DNA from: Actinomycetota bacterium
GTDB taxonomy: Bacteria > Actinomycetota > Coriobacteriia > Anaerosomatales > JAUXNU01
DNA length: 64,000 bases
Direction of reading: 5' to 3'
NCBI GenBank assembly: GCA_030682655.1
Contig: JAUXNU010000112.1
Coordinates: 2,175 to 66,174 of the forward strand
The notes below the pieces were generated by a model that worked only from the letters and a program-made list of their open reading frames with translations, searched no databases and had not been told where the DNA came from. Positions 43,695 through 53,102 of the stretch are shown here, piece by piece (position 1 is the stretch's first letter; each line of letters opens with the position of its first letter). The position numbers and the translations under genes are program-made.

Positions 43695-45151
43695 CGGCCC
43701 ACCCCCACGGTCACGCCGCGGAACCTGGCGGGCGCGGCACCATGCGCGACGTGAGCAACCTGCATGGGCTCTCCCTTGCCGCAGTTGTTCAGTCCCCATA
43801 CCTTCCAGTGGTTTCGCGAACACACGGCATCGCACGAGTTCCAGAACTGCGGAGTGATGCCGGTGTAGTTGGGGCTCTTGACCATTCTGCCGAGCTTGCC
43901 GTCCTTGATCTCCCAGCCTATCTCGCAGGCGAACTGGAAGTTCAGGCGCTTGTCGTCGATGGACCACGAGTTGTTAGTCTCTATGTAGAGGCCGTCCTCC
44001 GTGTCGGCGATCAGGTCGTCAAAGGACCAGGCGCCGGGCTCGAGGGAGACCGTGTTCATCCTGATGAGCGGGATGCGATTCCAGCCGTCTGCCCGCATGC
44101 AAGCGTTGCTCGTGCGCCCGATCGTGAGCGCCGATTCGCGCGATGTCAGGAAGCCGGAGAAGAGCCCGTCCCGGATGATGTAATCGCGCTGGGCCGGTAC
44201 GCCCTCGTCGTCGTAGGCGTAGCTCCCGAGCGACCCGGGTACGGTGGCATCCGCGGTCACCGTAACGTGTTCGGAGCCATAGCGAAGCACGCCCAGGTCC
44301 CGCAGGTCCAGGAAGGACGTCCCGGCGAACGCGGCTTCATCGCCGAGGACGCGGTCGAGCTCGGTCGGGTGTCCGACGGACTCGTGAACCTGCAGCGCGA
44401 GCTGGCTCGCGTCGATGACGAGGTCGGTCGTGCCGCTAGGGTAGTAGGGCGCCGAACGGAGGGCGGCAGCCTCCTCGGCCACGCGCGGTGCGTTGCCGAG
44501 GAGATCGAGAGCGAGGATCGTCTCCCATCCGCCCTGGGTCCATGCGCCGCCGTGCGAGTTCGGGTAGCTGCGCGGGAGCACCTCCCCGTCACCGATAGCG
44601 TGCGCGACGATCCCGGCCCCGGACTCGACGTACTCCTGCTCGATGAGACTGCCTTCCGAGGACCCGAAGTACTTGTGGACCTTGTAGAAGCCGAGGTGCG
44701 CCTTGGAGAGCTTGATCGACGGTTCCGCACGAAGTGCCTCGTCGGCGGCGAGCAGCAGTGCCAACTTGTCCTCGACACTGATCGCGAACGGATCGATCTC
44801 ACACGCTCCGCGCCAGCTGTCCTGAGCCACCGGGGCATCCGAGAGCCGCACCGATGCGGCTGGCGCGAGGGTCGAAGCCCGTGCTATGGCGACCGCGTGT
44901 CTTGCGGTCTCGGCGACGTCTTCGCCGTCGATTCGCGACATGGCCGCGAATCCCCAAGCTCCGTCGCAGATCACGCGAATGCCTATGCCGAAGGAAGTGG
45001 CCGACTCGATTCCCTCGACTCGGCCGTTGGCTACCGTGATCTCCTCGTGCGTCGTGTCGACTACTCGCACGTCCGCGTAGGTGGCGCCGGCAATCTGGGC
45101 AGCATCGAGCGCGGCCGAGACAACGTCCTTCACGTGGTTCCTCCCCCTCAT
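43691..45151 (-). CDS. tldD: TldD metalloprotease
   Basis: HESVGHPTELDRV zinc motif, GLYIETNNSWSIDDKRLNFQF. ATG 45151 follows GGAGG. Confidence 0.9.
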   Translation of the reverse strand: MRGRNHVKDVVSAALDAAQIAGATYADVRVVDTTHEEITVANGRVEGIESATSFGIGIRVICDGAWGFAAMSRIDGEDVAETARHAVAIARASTLAPAASVRLSDAPVAQDSWRGACEIDPFAISVEDKLALLLAADEALRAEPSIKLSKAHLGFYKVHKYFGSSEGSLIEQEYVESGAGIVAHAIGDGEVLPRSYPNSHGGAWTQGGWETILALDLLGNAPRVAEEAAALRSAPYYPSGTTDLVIDASQLALQVHESVGHPTELDRVLGDEAAFAGTSFLDLRDLGVLRYGSEHVTVTADATVPGSLGSYAYDDEGVPAQRDYIIRDGLFSGFLTSRESALTIGRTSNACMRADGWNRIPLIRMNTVSLEPGAWSFDDLIADTEDGLYIETNNSWSIDDKRLNFQFACEIGWEIKDGKLGRMVKSPNYTGITPQFWNSCDAVCSRNHWKVWGLNNCGKGEPMQVAHVAHGAAPARFRGVTVGVGR

Positions 45152-45259
45152 GACCTCCGTCGGTCGATTCGCGTTGGCATGGATGTACCCGTCGACAGCG
45201 CGTGCCAAAAACGATTCGCTAGCGTGTGTGCGAAGCCGGCTGGAGACGACGTGCCGCGT

Positions 45260-46513
45260 CTACGGCAAAGAAGGAAGGGTGCCTTCCTGCCAGTCGCCTG
45301 CTATGCCAGCAGGGGGGGTTGTGCGTGGAATCCACGGATAGCGGCGCGCACCCACGTAGTCTCTTCGGTCGACCAGAGGGGATATCTTGACGAAGTCCCC
45401 CGTGCGCGGAGCGTGCAGGAAGTACCCGCCGCCGATGTAGATTCCTACGTGGTGGACGGGCGAGCCAAAGAAGACCACGTCACCCGGGAGCAAGGCTGCC
45501 GGAGCGATCTTCGCGCCCATGAGGAACTGACTGCCGGAGTAGTGGGGCAGTTCCACACCGTGCTGTCGATAGACGTACTGCACCAGGCCGGAGCAGTCGA
45601 AACCTGCCGGTGTTGCACCGCCCCAGAGATACGGTATGCCGTGGTATGCGAGGGCGGTCTCCACCGGCGTGCCCGCCACGACAGAGATCCCGGCCTCGTT
45701 GGCTCCCGAGAGGATCGCCCTCAGGAGATCCGACTCTACGAGCTGGCGGCGCAAGGCTTCCTCGTCGAGCAGGGACAGGAGGTCCGCTTGTGTCGCAGAG
45801 AGCATCTCCTGGCGTTCTTGGATCCTGAGCAAGATTTCGATCTGGCGTGCCTTGAGCTCGAACTCGATCGCCTCGGCTTGCTTCGCGGCTTCGGCGAGTC
45901 CGGTTGCGGTCTGCTCGACTAGCTCCTTCTGTCCCTTCAGTGCCTTCGCAACATCGGCGTCAGCCATGCCGATCGTGTTGAGGAACTGCACGCGGGCAAC
46001 GAAGTCGGACAGCGATTTTGAGTCGAGCAGAACCTCGATGGTGGCGAACGTGCCCTGCTTGTAGATCGCGTTGGCCCGATCGTTCAGCAAGTCCAACTGA
46101 AAGTCGTAGGCACTGGCGGCATTCGTGAGATCAACCTGGGTAGTCACGGCTCTCTGCTGGGTGTTCGCGAGTCTTTCAACCGCGGCGTTGTACGCCTCGG
46201 AAGCGATTGCGAGCTCGCTGTCGAGAGCATCGAGCTGTGCCATGAACTCGTCCAGTCGCGCCTGTTTCTCGGCCAAGTCGCGTCTGAACTGCTCGGTTTC
46301 GGGGCCCAGGGGAACGTCGATTGGCTCCTGCGAGGGAGTCGGGGGGGTGCGGCCGGTGTCCGGCGCGCTGGCGGTTGGCGTCTTGGATGCGGGAGCCGGG
46401 ACGGGTGTCGAGGTGGTTTCGGGCGCCGCGTAGACGGGTATGCCGAACGCGAGCACGGCAACGAGTGCGAGTGCCCACGTACGACGCATCATTCTTCCGC
46501 GTAGTACCGTCAT
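45260..46513 (-). CDS. Secreted NlpC/P60 peptidoglycan endopeptidase with N-terminal coiled coil (CwlO/RipA-like architecture)
   Basis: Signal peptide, about 230 aa of coiled coil, C-terminal YLWGGATPAGFDCSGLVQYVY...HVGIYIGGGYFLHAP catalytic Cys/His. Confidence 0.85.
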   Translation of the reverse strand: MTVLRGRMMRRTWALALVAVLAFGIPVYAAPETTSTPVPAPASKTPTASAPDTGRTPPTPSQEPIDVPLGPETEQFRRDLAEKQARLDEFMAQLDALDSELAIASEAYNAAVERLANTQQRAVTTQVDLTNAASAYDFQLDLLNDRANAIYKQGTFATIEVLLDSKSLSDFVARVQFLNTIGMADADVAKALKGQKELVEQTATGLAEAAKQAEAIEFELKARQIEILLRIQERQEMLSATQADLLSLLDEEALRRQLVESDLLRAILSGANEAGISVVAGTPVETALAYHGIPYLWGGATPAGFDCSGLVQYVYRQHGVELPHYSGSQFLMGAKIAPAALLPGDVVFFGSPVHHVGIYIGGGYFLHAPRTGDFVKISPLVDRRDYVGARRYPWIPRTTPPAGIAGDWQEGTLPSLP

Positions 46514-46862
46514 CCAACCAGGCCCTTCCGTACATCCGGCTTCCCAGCCACGTGTCGCGATTCCGCCCGTGGCGACGCGCCATGAATCCAGCTAAATAGT
46601 CTACCACAAACCTGCAGGTCACGTTCACAAGTACCGACCGAGCAGGCGTCCTGCACGCCATGCCTGCACGCCATGGTACGATACGTATCTTGCCATTCTC
46701 TTGCCAGAATTGGAATCTCCACATGGAAACCATGCAAATCGGATGCCGACCGTGCGGGTACGAACATGGGTGTATGCTCAACGTGGGTTCAGGAGGCTGG
46801 GATGACTGATCGGGGGAAGGCCGGGTCTTCTCAAGCATGGGGGGTAGCAGGGGGTAAGGGCA

Positions 46863-47375
46863 ATGGAACTGCGCAGACGGTGTCTTATGCTCTGCCTGGC
46901 GGCGGCGATGCTCACAGTGACTGTGACAGGCTGCTCCTCGGCAGATGATGTAGGTGGTACGACCGGGCATCCAAGGAGCGAGCCTGCAGAAGCGGGGGGC
47001 GAGTGGATCGTCGGGACCTGGACGGTGCGCCACGAGCTGCTCACTGTCGATCCCGAGATCATGCGCCCGGCGGCGGAGCGGGACGAGACCACGTGGTCTT
47101 GCACGCTTGAGGGAGGCACGCTCACGCTCAAGACCGCGAAGCATACCTACACGGGCCCGCTGGTGGTCGACGGCGACTCGTTCAGCTACGATGCCAAGGC
47201 GACATACCTGGATGAGGCCGGCGAGCAGTGGACGAGCGTCATCAAGGTGGACGGGACGCACTCGGGAGAGACTGCGTTAGCCGCCGAGATGTGGGGCGAG
47301 ATCAGCTCGGCCGAAGAAGGGGTGCTCTACACGGCGACCTGGAGGCAGATCGGCCTCAAGACGGCTGACAAGTAG
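46863..47375 (+). CDS. Hypothetical lipoprotein
   Basis: Lipobox TVTGC. Beta-rich (lipocalin-like?) body. No recognisable motif. Confidence 0.6.
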   Translation: MELRRRCLMLCLAAAMLTVTVTGCSSADDVGGTTGHPRSEPAEAGGEWIVGTWTVRHELLTVDPEIMRPAAERDETTWSCTLEGGTLTLKTAKHTYTGPLVVDGDSFSYDAKATYLDEAGEQWTSVIKVDGTHSGETALAAEMWGEISSAEEGVLYTATWRQIGLKTADK

Positions 47376-47518
47376 CGGACCCTCGTAGAGTAGAGACGGT
47401 TGACGCTGCCCGTGCGTGGGGGCGGGATCGCCGACATGATCTGGTCGTGATCCAGCCGGATTTGCGCCGCTCTTGGCGGGTATGATATACATACAGTCCG
47501 CCGAAGGGCGGCATGCAT

Positions 47519-47595
<77 letters not shown>

Positions 47596-47604
47596 GAATC
47601 TTCG

Positions 47605-47635
47605 CAGGTCCGAGACTCACACAGTCTCGGACCTG
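47605..47635. terminator. Hairpin terminator after tRNA-fMet (also at the 3' end of the kinase remnant)
   Basis: CAGGTCCGAGACT-CACAC-AGTCTCGGACCTG followed by TTTGC. Confidence 0.6.
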
Positions 47636-49051
47636 TTTGCTGTGTGTGATCCGTCGGGCGTCGGTCCCTCACGGGGCAGCTCCAGCGTGAAGACCGAACC
47701 CTCACCGAGGGTGCTACGGGCCTCAAGAGCGCCGCAGAGCAACTCAGCAAGGTGCGCCGAAACAGGTAGGCCGAGGCCGGTTCCCGCGGTGTTGCCTGCA
47801 TCGGGGTTCCTCACCTGGTAGAACTCGTCGAACACGCTGTCGAGCTCCTCGGGAGAGATGCCTCGGCCGATGTCTCGCACGGTGAATCACACCCTCGATT
47901 TGTCGGGGCAATCCACCTCGATCGTCGCGGACCCGTGTGAGGTGAATCTCACGGCATTCGACAGCAGATTGAGCAGGATCTGCTCGAACCGCATCTTGTC
48001 GGCCACGATCTCGCCGCATCCCGGTGGGATTTGCGCTCGCAGCTCCAGACCCTTCGCGTCGGCCGCCGGGAGCAGGGTCGCAACGAGCCGTCCGACGACC
48101 TCCGCGATGTCGACCACCTCCGGGCTCAGAGTCACCTGCCCGGCCTCGATCTTCGACAGATCGAGAATCTGATTGATGAGTCCGAGCATGTGCTTCCCGG
48201 AGTTGCTGATCATCCCGGTCTGCTTGAGTTGCTCGTCGTTCATCGGACCCGCCAACCCCTGTGCGAGGATTCCCGAGAAGCCGATTATCGAGTTGAGCGG
48301 CGTGCGCAGCTCGTGGCTCATCGCCGAGAGGAATTCGCTCTTGGCTCGGCCCGCCGTCTCGAGTTCTGCCGTGCGTTCGGTCACCAGCCGTTCGAGATGG
48401 GTGTGGTACTCTTCCAGTTCTCGTTTCTTGTCCTCCAAGACGACGAGTGTCGTGGAGAGTTCCAGCACGACCAGGAAGATCGCCCCAAGCATTGCCACAG
48501 CGGTCGTGACTATCCACGGCCACACAGGCGTGGGCTTGTCCGGCGCGAAACTACTCGGGAGCCAGATGATCGCAGACAGTCCGGCCCGCCCCAAAGAAGC
48601 CCACCAACCAGTAGTAGGCGTGCCCTCCGACTCGAATGAACTCGCGGCGATGAAGCAGCCCATACGCTGCCGGGGCTGTTAGTGCGAGCATCTGGGCGAG
48701 CGTGCCCAGGGCTCTGGAGTTTAGGACGGCCAGGAACAGGACGAGCAGGAGCGTGCAGATTGCGAGGATGGCCAAGCACGCGCGCGCGGCCGAGAACGCA
48801 ATGAAGTACGAGAGGGCTCCGGCGACGAGAAGCAGGACCCCGGCAAGCATGGTCATCTCGAAGAGTGCGCCCCACAGGCCGCCGGCGGTCTCCGAGGCAA
48901 GGTAGAAGAGGGGTGACAGGCCGAAGAGAACCCAGCCGAGGGTGAACAGATAGAGGTAGCGGGGCTCTCGCCTTCTGATGTAGATCTCGACGGGGAAGGG
49001 AAGCACTACGAAGCACGGCGCGGCAAATACGTACATCGCATACTCGAGCAT
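47617..49051 (-). pseudogene. Membrane sensor histidine kinase, disrupted (in-frame TGA plus probable frameshift)
   Basis: H-box SHELRTPLN and N-box LLNLLSNAVRFT, then TGA at 47887-47889, then in the same frame FTVRDIGRGISPEEL..GTGLGLPV (G1/G2). The 5-TM N-terminal part (48551-49051) is in another frame and overlaps by about 110 nt. A 1-nt indel in the G/C run near 48585-48596 would fuse them. Alternatively, the TM protein is a separate gene. Confidence 0.65.
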
Positions 49052-49400
49052 GAGATTCGCAACGCCTCTCTGCGCTCGCCCAGATGGGGCGTGTTCGCCG
49101 TCGCTTCACCGTGGTTCATCATTCCCTGTCACTGACCACAGGAAACTGTTTCCCCGCACCGCAGGGGCGCGCTTCTGGCGGCGTCCGACACAGCCGGGAG
49201 GGGACTCGAACTCTCGGACCTGCGGTCTGGTGGGGGTACGATTCGGAAGCACACGCTATATACTGCTGGAGGCAAGGGGCGCTCGAGGCACCATGCCCGC
49301 AGTTCGAAAGGAAGGGGGCACACATCAGACTCAGTCCGGCAATCACACGCTCCAGTCCGATTCCGTTCTTCACGAAGCGAGGCGATAGAACTTGAGCAGA

Positions 49401-50603
49401 ATGAAGAGACTCTCCCTGTTCCTCTCCCTATTGATGGTCGCGGCGATGATGCTCACCGCATGCGCCGCCAAGGACGAGGGCACTTCCGGTTCGACCTCAG
49501 GCGGAGACGATAAGATCATCATCGGCGCGGCTTTGTGTCAGACCGGTATACAGGCGCCGCTCGACGAGCCCGCTCTGCGCGGCGCGCAGCTTGCCGTCGA
49601 CGAACTCAACGCCAAGGGCGGCATCCTTGGCAAGCAGGTCGAGCTGTTGAACATGGACGGCAAGAGCGACCCGGTCACGGTAGGCAACGTAGCCAAGCAG
49701 ATGATCGACAAGGGTGCGGCAGCGATCATCGCTCCGAGCGACTTCGATTTCGGTGGCCCGGCCAGCCGCGAGGCGCAGAATGCCGGCGTCGTCGGCATCT
49801 CGCCGTGCGCGTCCTCTCCGCTGTACGGTTCGGCCGCTCTTGGCGACAAGCAGTTCACGATGTCCATGTGGAACACCACGATGGGCGCGGCGACTGCCGA
49901 GTACGCCTACGACAAGGGCTACAAGTCCGCGTACGTCATCACCGACGATTTCATCGACTACACCAAGAGCCTCAGCCGCTACTTCATCGTTCGCTTCGAG
50001 GAGCTCGGTGGCGAGGTCATCTTCGAGGACAGCTACACCCAGGGTCAGGCCGACGTCTCCGCGCAGCTCGCGCGCATCAAGGCGCTTCCCAAGCAGCCCG
50101 ACTGCATCTACGTGTCGTCCTACATGCCGGACCTCGCGCTCATCATCCGTACACTGCGCGAGAGCGGCATCGATGTCCCGATCGTCGGTGGCGACTCCTA
50201 CGACGATCCGGCGCTGTTCGAAGCGCTTGGCGCGCAGTACGGTAACGACATCGTCTTTGACACCCATGGCTACCTGTCGGACGCTGCGAACCCCAACTAC
50301 GGCGCGTTCGCGACCGCCTACGAGGCGAAGTTCGGCAGCGCTCCGGATGCCGTGTGGATCATGCCTGGCTACGACGTCGTGATGTTGCTTGCGACGGCCA
50401 TGGAAGAGGCCGGAACGACTGACGGCGCGGAGGTTGCTAAGGCAATGGAGACGACCGAGTTCGATTTGCTCACCGGGAAGCTCAAGTGGTCTGACGCCGC
50501 TTCCGGTCACGAGCCGAACAAGGCGGCCGCGCTCGTCAAGATCGAGGGCGGCAAGAACGTGTTCATGGAGTGGGTCGTACCTGAGAAGATCCCTGCTCCG
50601 TAG
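49401..50603 (+). CDS. ABC transporter substrate-binding lipoprotein, LivK/AmiC (type I periplasmic binding) family
   Basis: Lipobox MLTAC. IIIGAALCQTG..., typical Leu/Ile/Val or amide-binding fold length. Start 49392 (TTG) or 49401 (ATG). Confidence 0.8.
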   Translation: MKRLSLFLSLLMVAAMMLTACAAKDEGTSGSTSGGDDKIIIGAALCQTGIQAPLDEPALRGAQLAVDELNAKGGILGKQVELLNMDGKSDPVTVGNVAKQMIDKGAAAIIAPSDFDFGGPASREAQNAGVVGISPCASSPLYGSAALGDKQFTMSMWNTTMGAATAEYAYDKGYKSAYVITDDFIDYTKSLSRYFIVRFEELGGEVIFEDSYTQGQADVSAQLARIKALPKQPDCIYVSSYMPDLALIIRTLRESGIDVPIVGGDSYDDPALFEALGAQYGNDIVFDTHGYLSDAANPNYGAFATAYEAKFGSAPDAVWIMPGYDVVMLLATAMEEAGTTDGAEVAKAMETTEFDLLTGKLKWSDAASGHEPNKAAALVKIEGGKNVFMEWVVPEKIPAP

Positions 50604-50728
50604 GTCCCGAGGAACACACGCTTCAAAGCGACGGAACACCTCAGGAGAGAGTCCGGAAGCGGGCTCTCTCTTGGGGGTTTCGCGACACTCAACGGGCGCG
50701 AGCCCGACTCGTGATTGTGGAGACCTGC

Positions 50729-51469
50729 ATGGAAGCAGAGCACAACCAGATCAGCACGCTTGAGATACACAACCTGTGCAAGTCCTTCGCAGGCCTGAAA
50801 GCAGTCGACGACGTCAGTTTCGATTTGCGCACGGGCGAGATTCTTGGTCTGATCGGCCCGAACGGGTCGGGCAAGACCACACTCATCAACGTCGTGACAG
50901 GTCTCCTCCGCGCGACGAGCGGGACGGTGACCGTCGACGGCATGGTGACGACCGAGAAGCCACCACATCGTGTCGCGCGCGCCGGTCTTGCGCGCACATT
51001 CCAGACCATCCGTCTGTTCCGCGAGCTCACGGTTCTTGAGAACGTCGAGGTCGCGGCGGTCAGCATGGGCAACTCGCGTCGTACGGCCGTCCCCCTCGCC
51101 AAGGAATTGCTCGTCGAGATGGGCATCGAGGAGTACGCCGATCGCCTTGGCAGTGAGATACCCTTTGGCCATCAGCGCAAGCTGGAGATTGCACGTGCGC
51201 TCGCCATGAAACCGAAGTTCCTGCTGCTCGACGAGCCGGCCGCCGGTCTCAACGAAGAGGAGAGTGACCTGCTTCTCGGGCTGCTGAGGTTGATTCCCGA
51301 GCGCAAGAACGTCGGCGTGCTGATCGTCGAGCACGACATGCGCCTGATGATGAATCTGTGCGACGCCCTGCACGTTCTCAACTACGGCAGGACCATCGCT
51401 CACGGCACGCCGGAAGAGGTGCGCTGCGATCCAGAGGTCGTCAGTGCCTACCTCGGAAGCAGCGCATGA
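50729..51469 (+). CDS. ABC transporter ATP-binding protein (LivG-like)
   Basis: Walker A GPNGSGKTT, signature FGHQRKLEIARAL, Walker B LLLDEPAAGL, LivG-type C-terminal motif. Confidence 0.9.
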   Translation: MEAEHNQISTLEIHNLCKSFAGLKAVDDVSFDLRTGEILGLIGPNGSGKTTLINVVTGLLRATSGTVTVDGMVTTEKPPHRVARAGLARTFQTIRLFRELTVLENVEVAAVSMGNSRRTAVPLAKELLVEMGIEEYADRLGSEIPFGHQRKLEIARALAMKPKFLLLDEPAAGLNEEESDLLLGLLRLIPERKNVGVLIVEHDMRLMMNLCDALHVLNYGRTIAHGTPEEVRCDPEVVSAYLGSSA

Positions 51470-51480
51470 GAGAGGAACCC

Positions 51481-52215
51481 ATGCTCTCGGTCACGGATCT
51501 GCAAGCTTCATACGGTGCGATTACCGCACTTCACGGAATCTCGCTCGAGGTCAACGAGGGTGAACTTGTGGCTCTCCTTGGCACGAACGGCGCGGGCAAG
51601 TCGACCACGCTCAAGTCGATTTGCGGCGTTCTGCGCCCGATCCAAGGCTCGATCGAGTTCCTTGGCAGGAGCATCGCTAACAAGAAGCCCGAGGCTATCC
51701 TCCGGCAGGGCATCTCGATGGTGCCGGAGGGACGCGAGATCTTCACAAGCCTCACCGTGGCGGAGAATTTGCGGCTCGGCGCGTTCACCTCGTTCGAACG
51801 CACGCGCTACCAGCGGGATCTGAAGGAGATGTTCGAGCTCTTTCCGATCCTCGAGGAGCGTATGAACCAGCCCGGCGGTCTGCTTTCGGGCGGCGAACAG
51901 CAGCAGCTGGCCATCGCGCGGGCGCTCATGAGTCATCCGAAGCTTCTCATGCTAGATGAGCCGTCGCTCGGTCTGTCGCCGACGCTCGTTGACCAGATCT
52001 TCGAGCTCATCTCGGTGTTGCGCGAACGTGGCATGACGATCCTGCTCGTGGAACAGAACGCCGAGCGGGCACTCAAGATCGCCGACCGCGTCTACGTGCT
52101 CAAGACCGGGCAGTTCGAGTTCACGGGCACACCCGAGCAACTATCGAGCGAACTGGATATCGCCGCGGTCTACTTCGGCGGCAGCAACGACGGAACGTGC
52201 GAGGTGACCGTGTGA
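51481..52215 (+). CDS. ABC transporter ATP-binding protein (LivF-like)
   Basis: GTNGAGKST, LSGGEQQQLAIARAL, LMLDEPSLGL. An alternative ATG at 51466 overlaps the upstream stop. Confidence 0.9.
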   Translation: MLSVTDLQASYGAITALHGISLEVNEGELVALLGTNGAGKSTTLKSICGVLRPIQGSIEFLGRSIANKKPEAILRQGISMVPEGREIFTSLTVAENLRLGAFTSFERTRYQRDLKEMFELFPILEERMNQPGGLLSGGEQQQLAIARALMSHPKLLMLDEPSLGLSPTLVDQIFELISVLRERGMTILLVEQNAERALKIADRVYVLKTGQFEFTGTPEQLSSELDIAAVYFGGSNDGTCEVTV

Positions 52216-53102
52216 GCGGCGAGTTTGTAATCAACACACTCAGCCTCGGGAGCCTCTACGCTCTCATGGCTCTCGGGCTGGTGTTCGTGTACGGCATCCT
52301 AAAGCTCGTGAACTTCGCGTATGGCGAGTACATCATGGTCGCCGGGTACACGATGTTCGTGCTCGGGCTGTACACGAGCACACCATGGTGGGCGACGATG
52401 ATTGCGGCCGTGTTATTCGCGGCGCTGACCAGCTACTTGACGGAACTCGTGGCATTTCGGCCGGTGCGTACGAAGTCGATGACCGCCATGCTCGTCACTT
52501 CGTTCGCGATCAGCGTTCTGCTCCAGAACGCGGTGCTCCTCATCGTGTCGCCGCGGGCGCGGGCGGTGGCCTTGCCGGCAGCGTTCAACGCGTCGGTCTC
52601 GGTCTTCGGCGTGGTTACGCCCCTGCGCAACGTGGCGACCATCGTGACCACGGTCGTGCTGCTGAGCGGGCTTACGTTGCTCATGAAGTACACGGTGCTT
52701 GGCATCGCGATGCGTGCGGCGGCAGACAAGTTCACGACCACGCGACTCATGGGCGTGCAGGCCAACCTCGTCATTTCGGTGGCCTTCCTCATCAGCGGCT
52801 TTCTCGCGGGAGTCGTCGCGATCTTCTGGGTCGGACGGTCGGCCTCGGTCGACCCGCTCGTTGGGGCGGCCCCGCTGCTCATCGCCTTCATCGCGACTGT
52901 CATGGGCGGTATGAACTCGCTCCTTGGAGCGGTCGCGGGTGGGTACGTGTACGGTCTGCTCTTCAACGTCCTGAGCATCACGCTGCCCGCGTCGATGGTC
53001 AACTACCGCGACGCCTTCATGTTCGTGATCGTGATCCTATTCCTGCTGTTCAAGCCCGAGGGCTTGATACGGGGCTCCTATACCGAGGAGCGTGTCGGAT
53101 GA
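52212..53102 (+). CDS. ABC transporter permease (LivH-like)
   Basis: VINTLSLGSLYALMALGLVFVYGILKLVNFAYGE, typical LivH N-terminus. GTGA overlap. Confidence 0.85.
   Translation: MSGEFVINTLSLGSLYALMALGLVFVYGILKLVNFAYGEYIMVAGYTMFVLGLYTSTPWWATMIAAVLFAALTSYLTELVAFRPVRTKSMTAMLVTSFAISVLLQNAVLLIVSPRARAVALPAAFNASVSVFGVVTPLRNVATIVTTVVLLSGLTLLMKYTVLGIAMRAAADKFTTTRLMGVQANLVISVAFLISGFLAGVVAIFWVGRSASVDPLVGAAPLLIAFIATVMGGMNSLLGAVAGGYVYGLLFNVLSITLPASMVNYRDAFMFVIVILFLLFKPEGLIRGSYTEERVG

Noticed and set aside
43658-45922. 754-aa ORF on the plus strand
   Set aside because: Antisense to tldD and the NlpC/P60 gene. It has no motifs and the same GC-rich artefact composition.
47887-47889. In-frame TGA in the kinase as evidence for selenocysteine or an alternative genetic code
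   Set aside because: TGA clearly terminates many coupled genes in this window (mrpF, mrpB, vapB, ntpI, ispE and others). No SECIS-like hairpin immediately follows, and the position is not a redox site. A nonsense mutation or sequencing error is the simpler explanation.
49171-49250. Possible minus-strand tRNA, tmRNA or SRP RNA (GAGTTCGAGTCC T-loop-like element, CGCCA end)
   Set aside because: The T-stem does not pair (GAGAG versus CCCCT). About 20 nt rather than 8 separate the T arm from the CCA-like end. No acceptor, D or anticodon arms could be drawn, and the SRP domain IV motif (GGAAG..AGCA) is absent.
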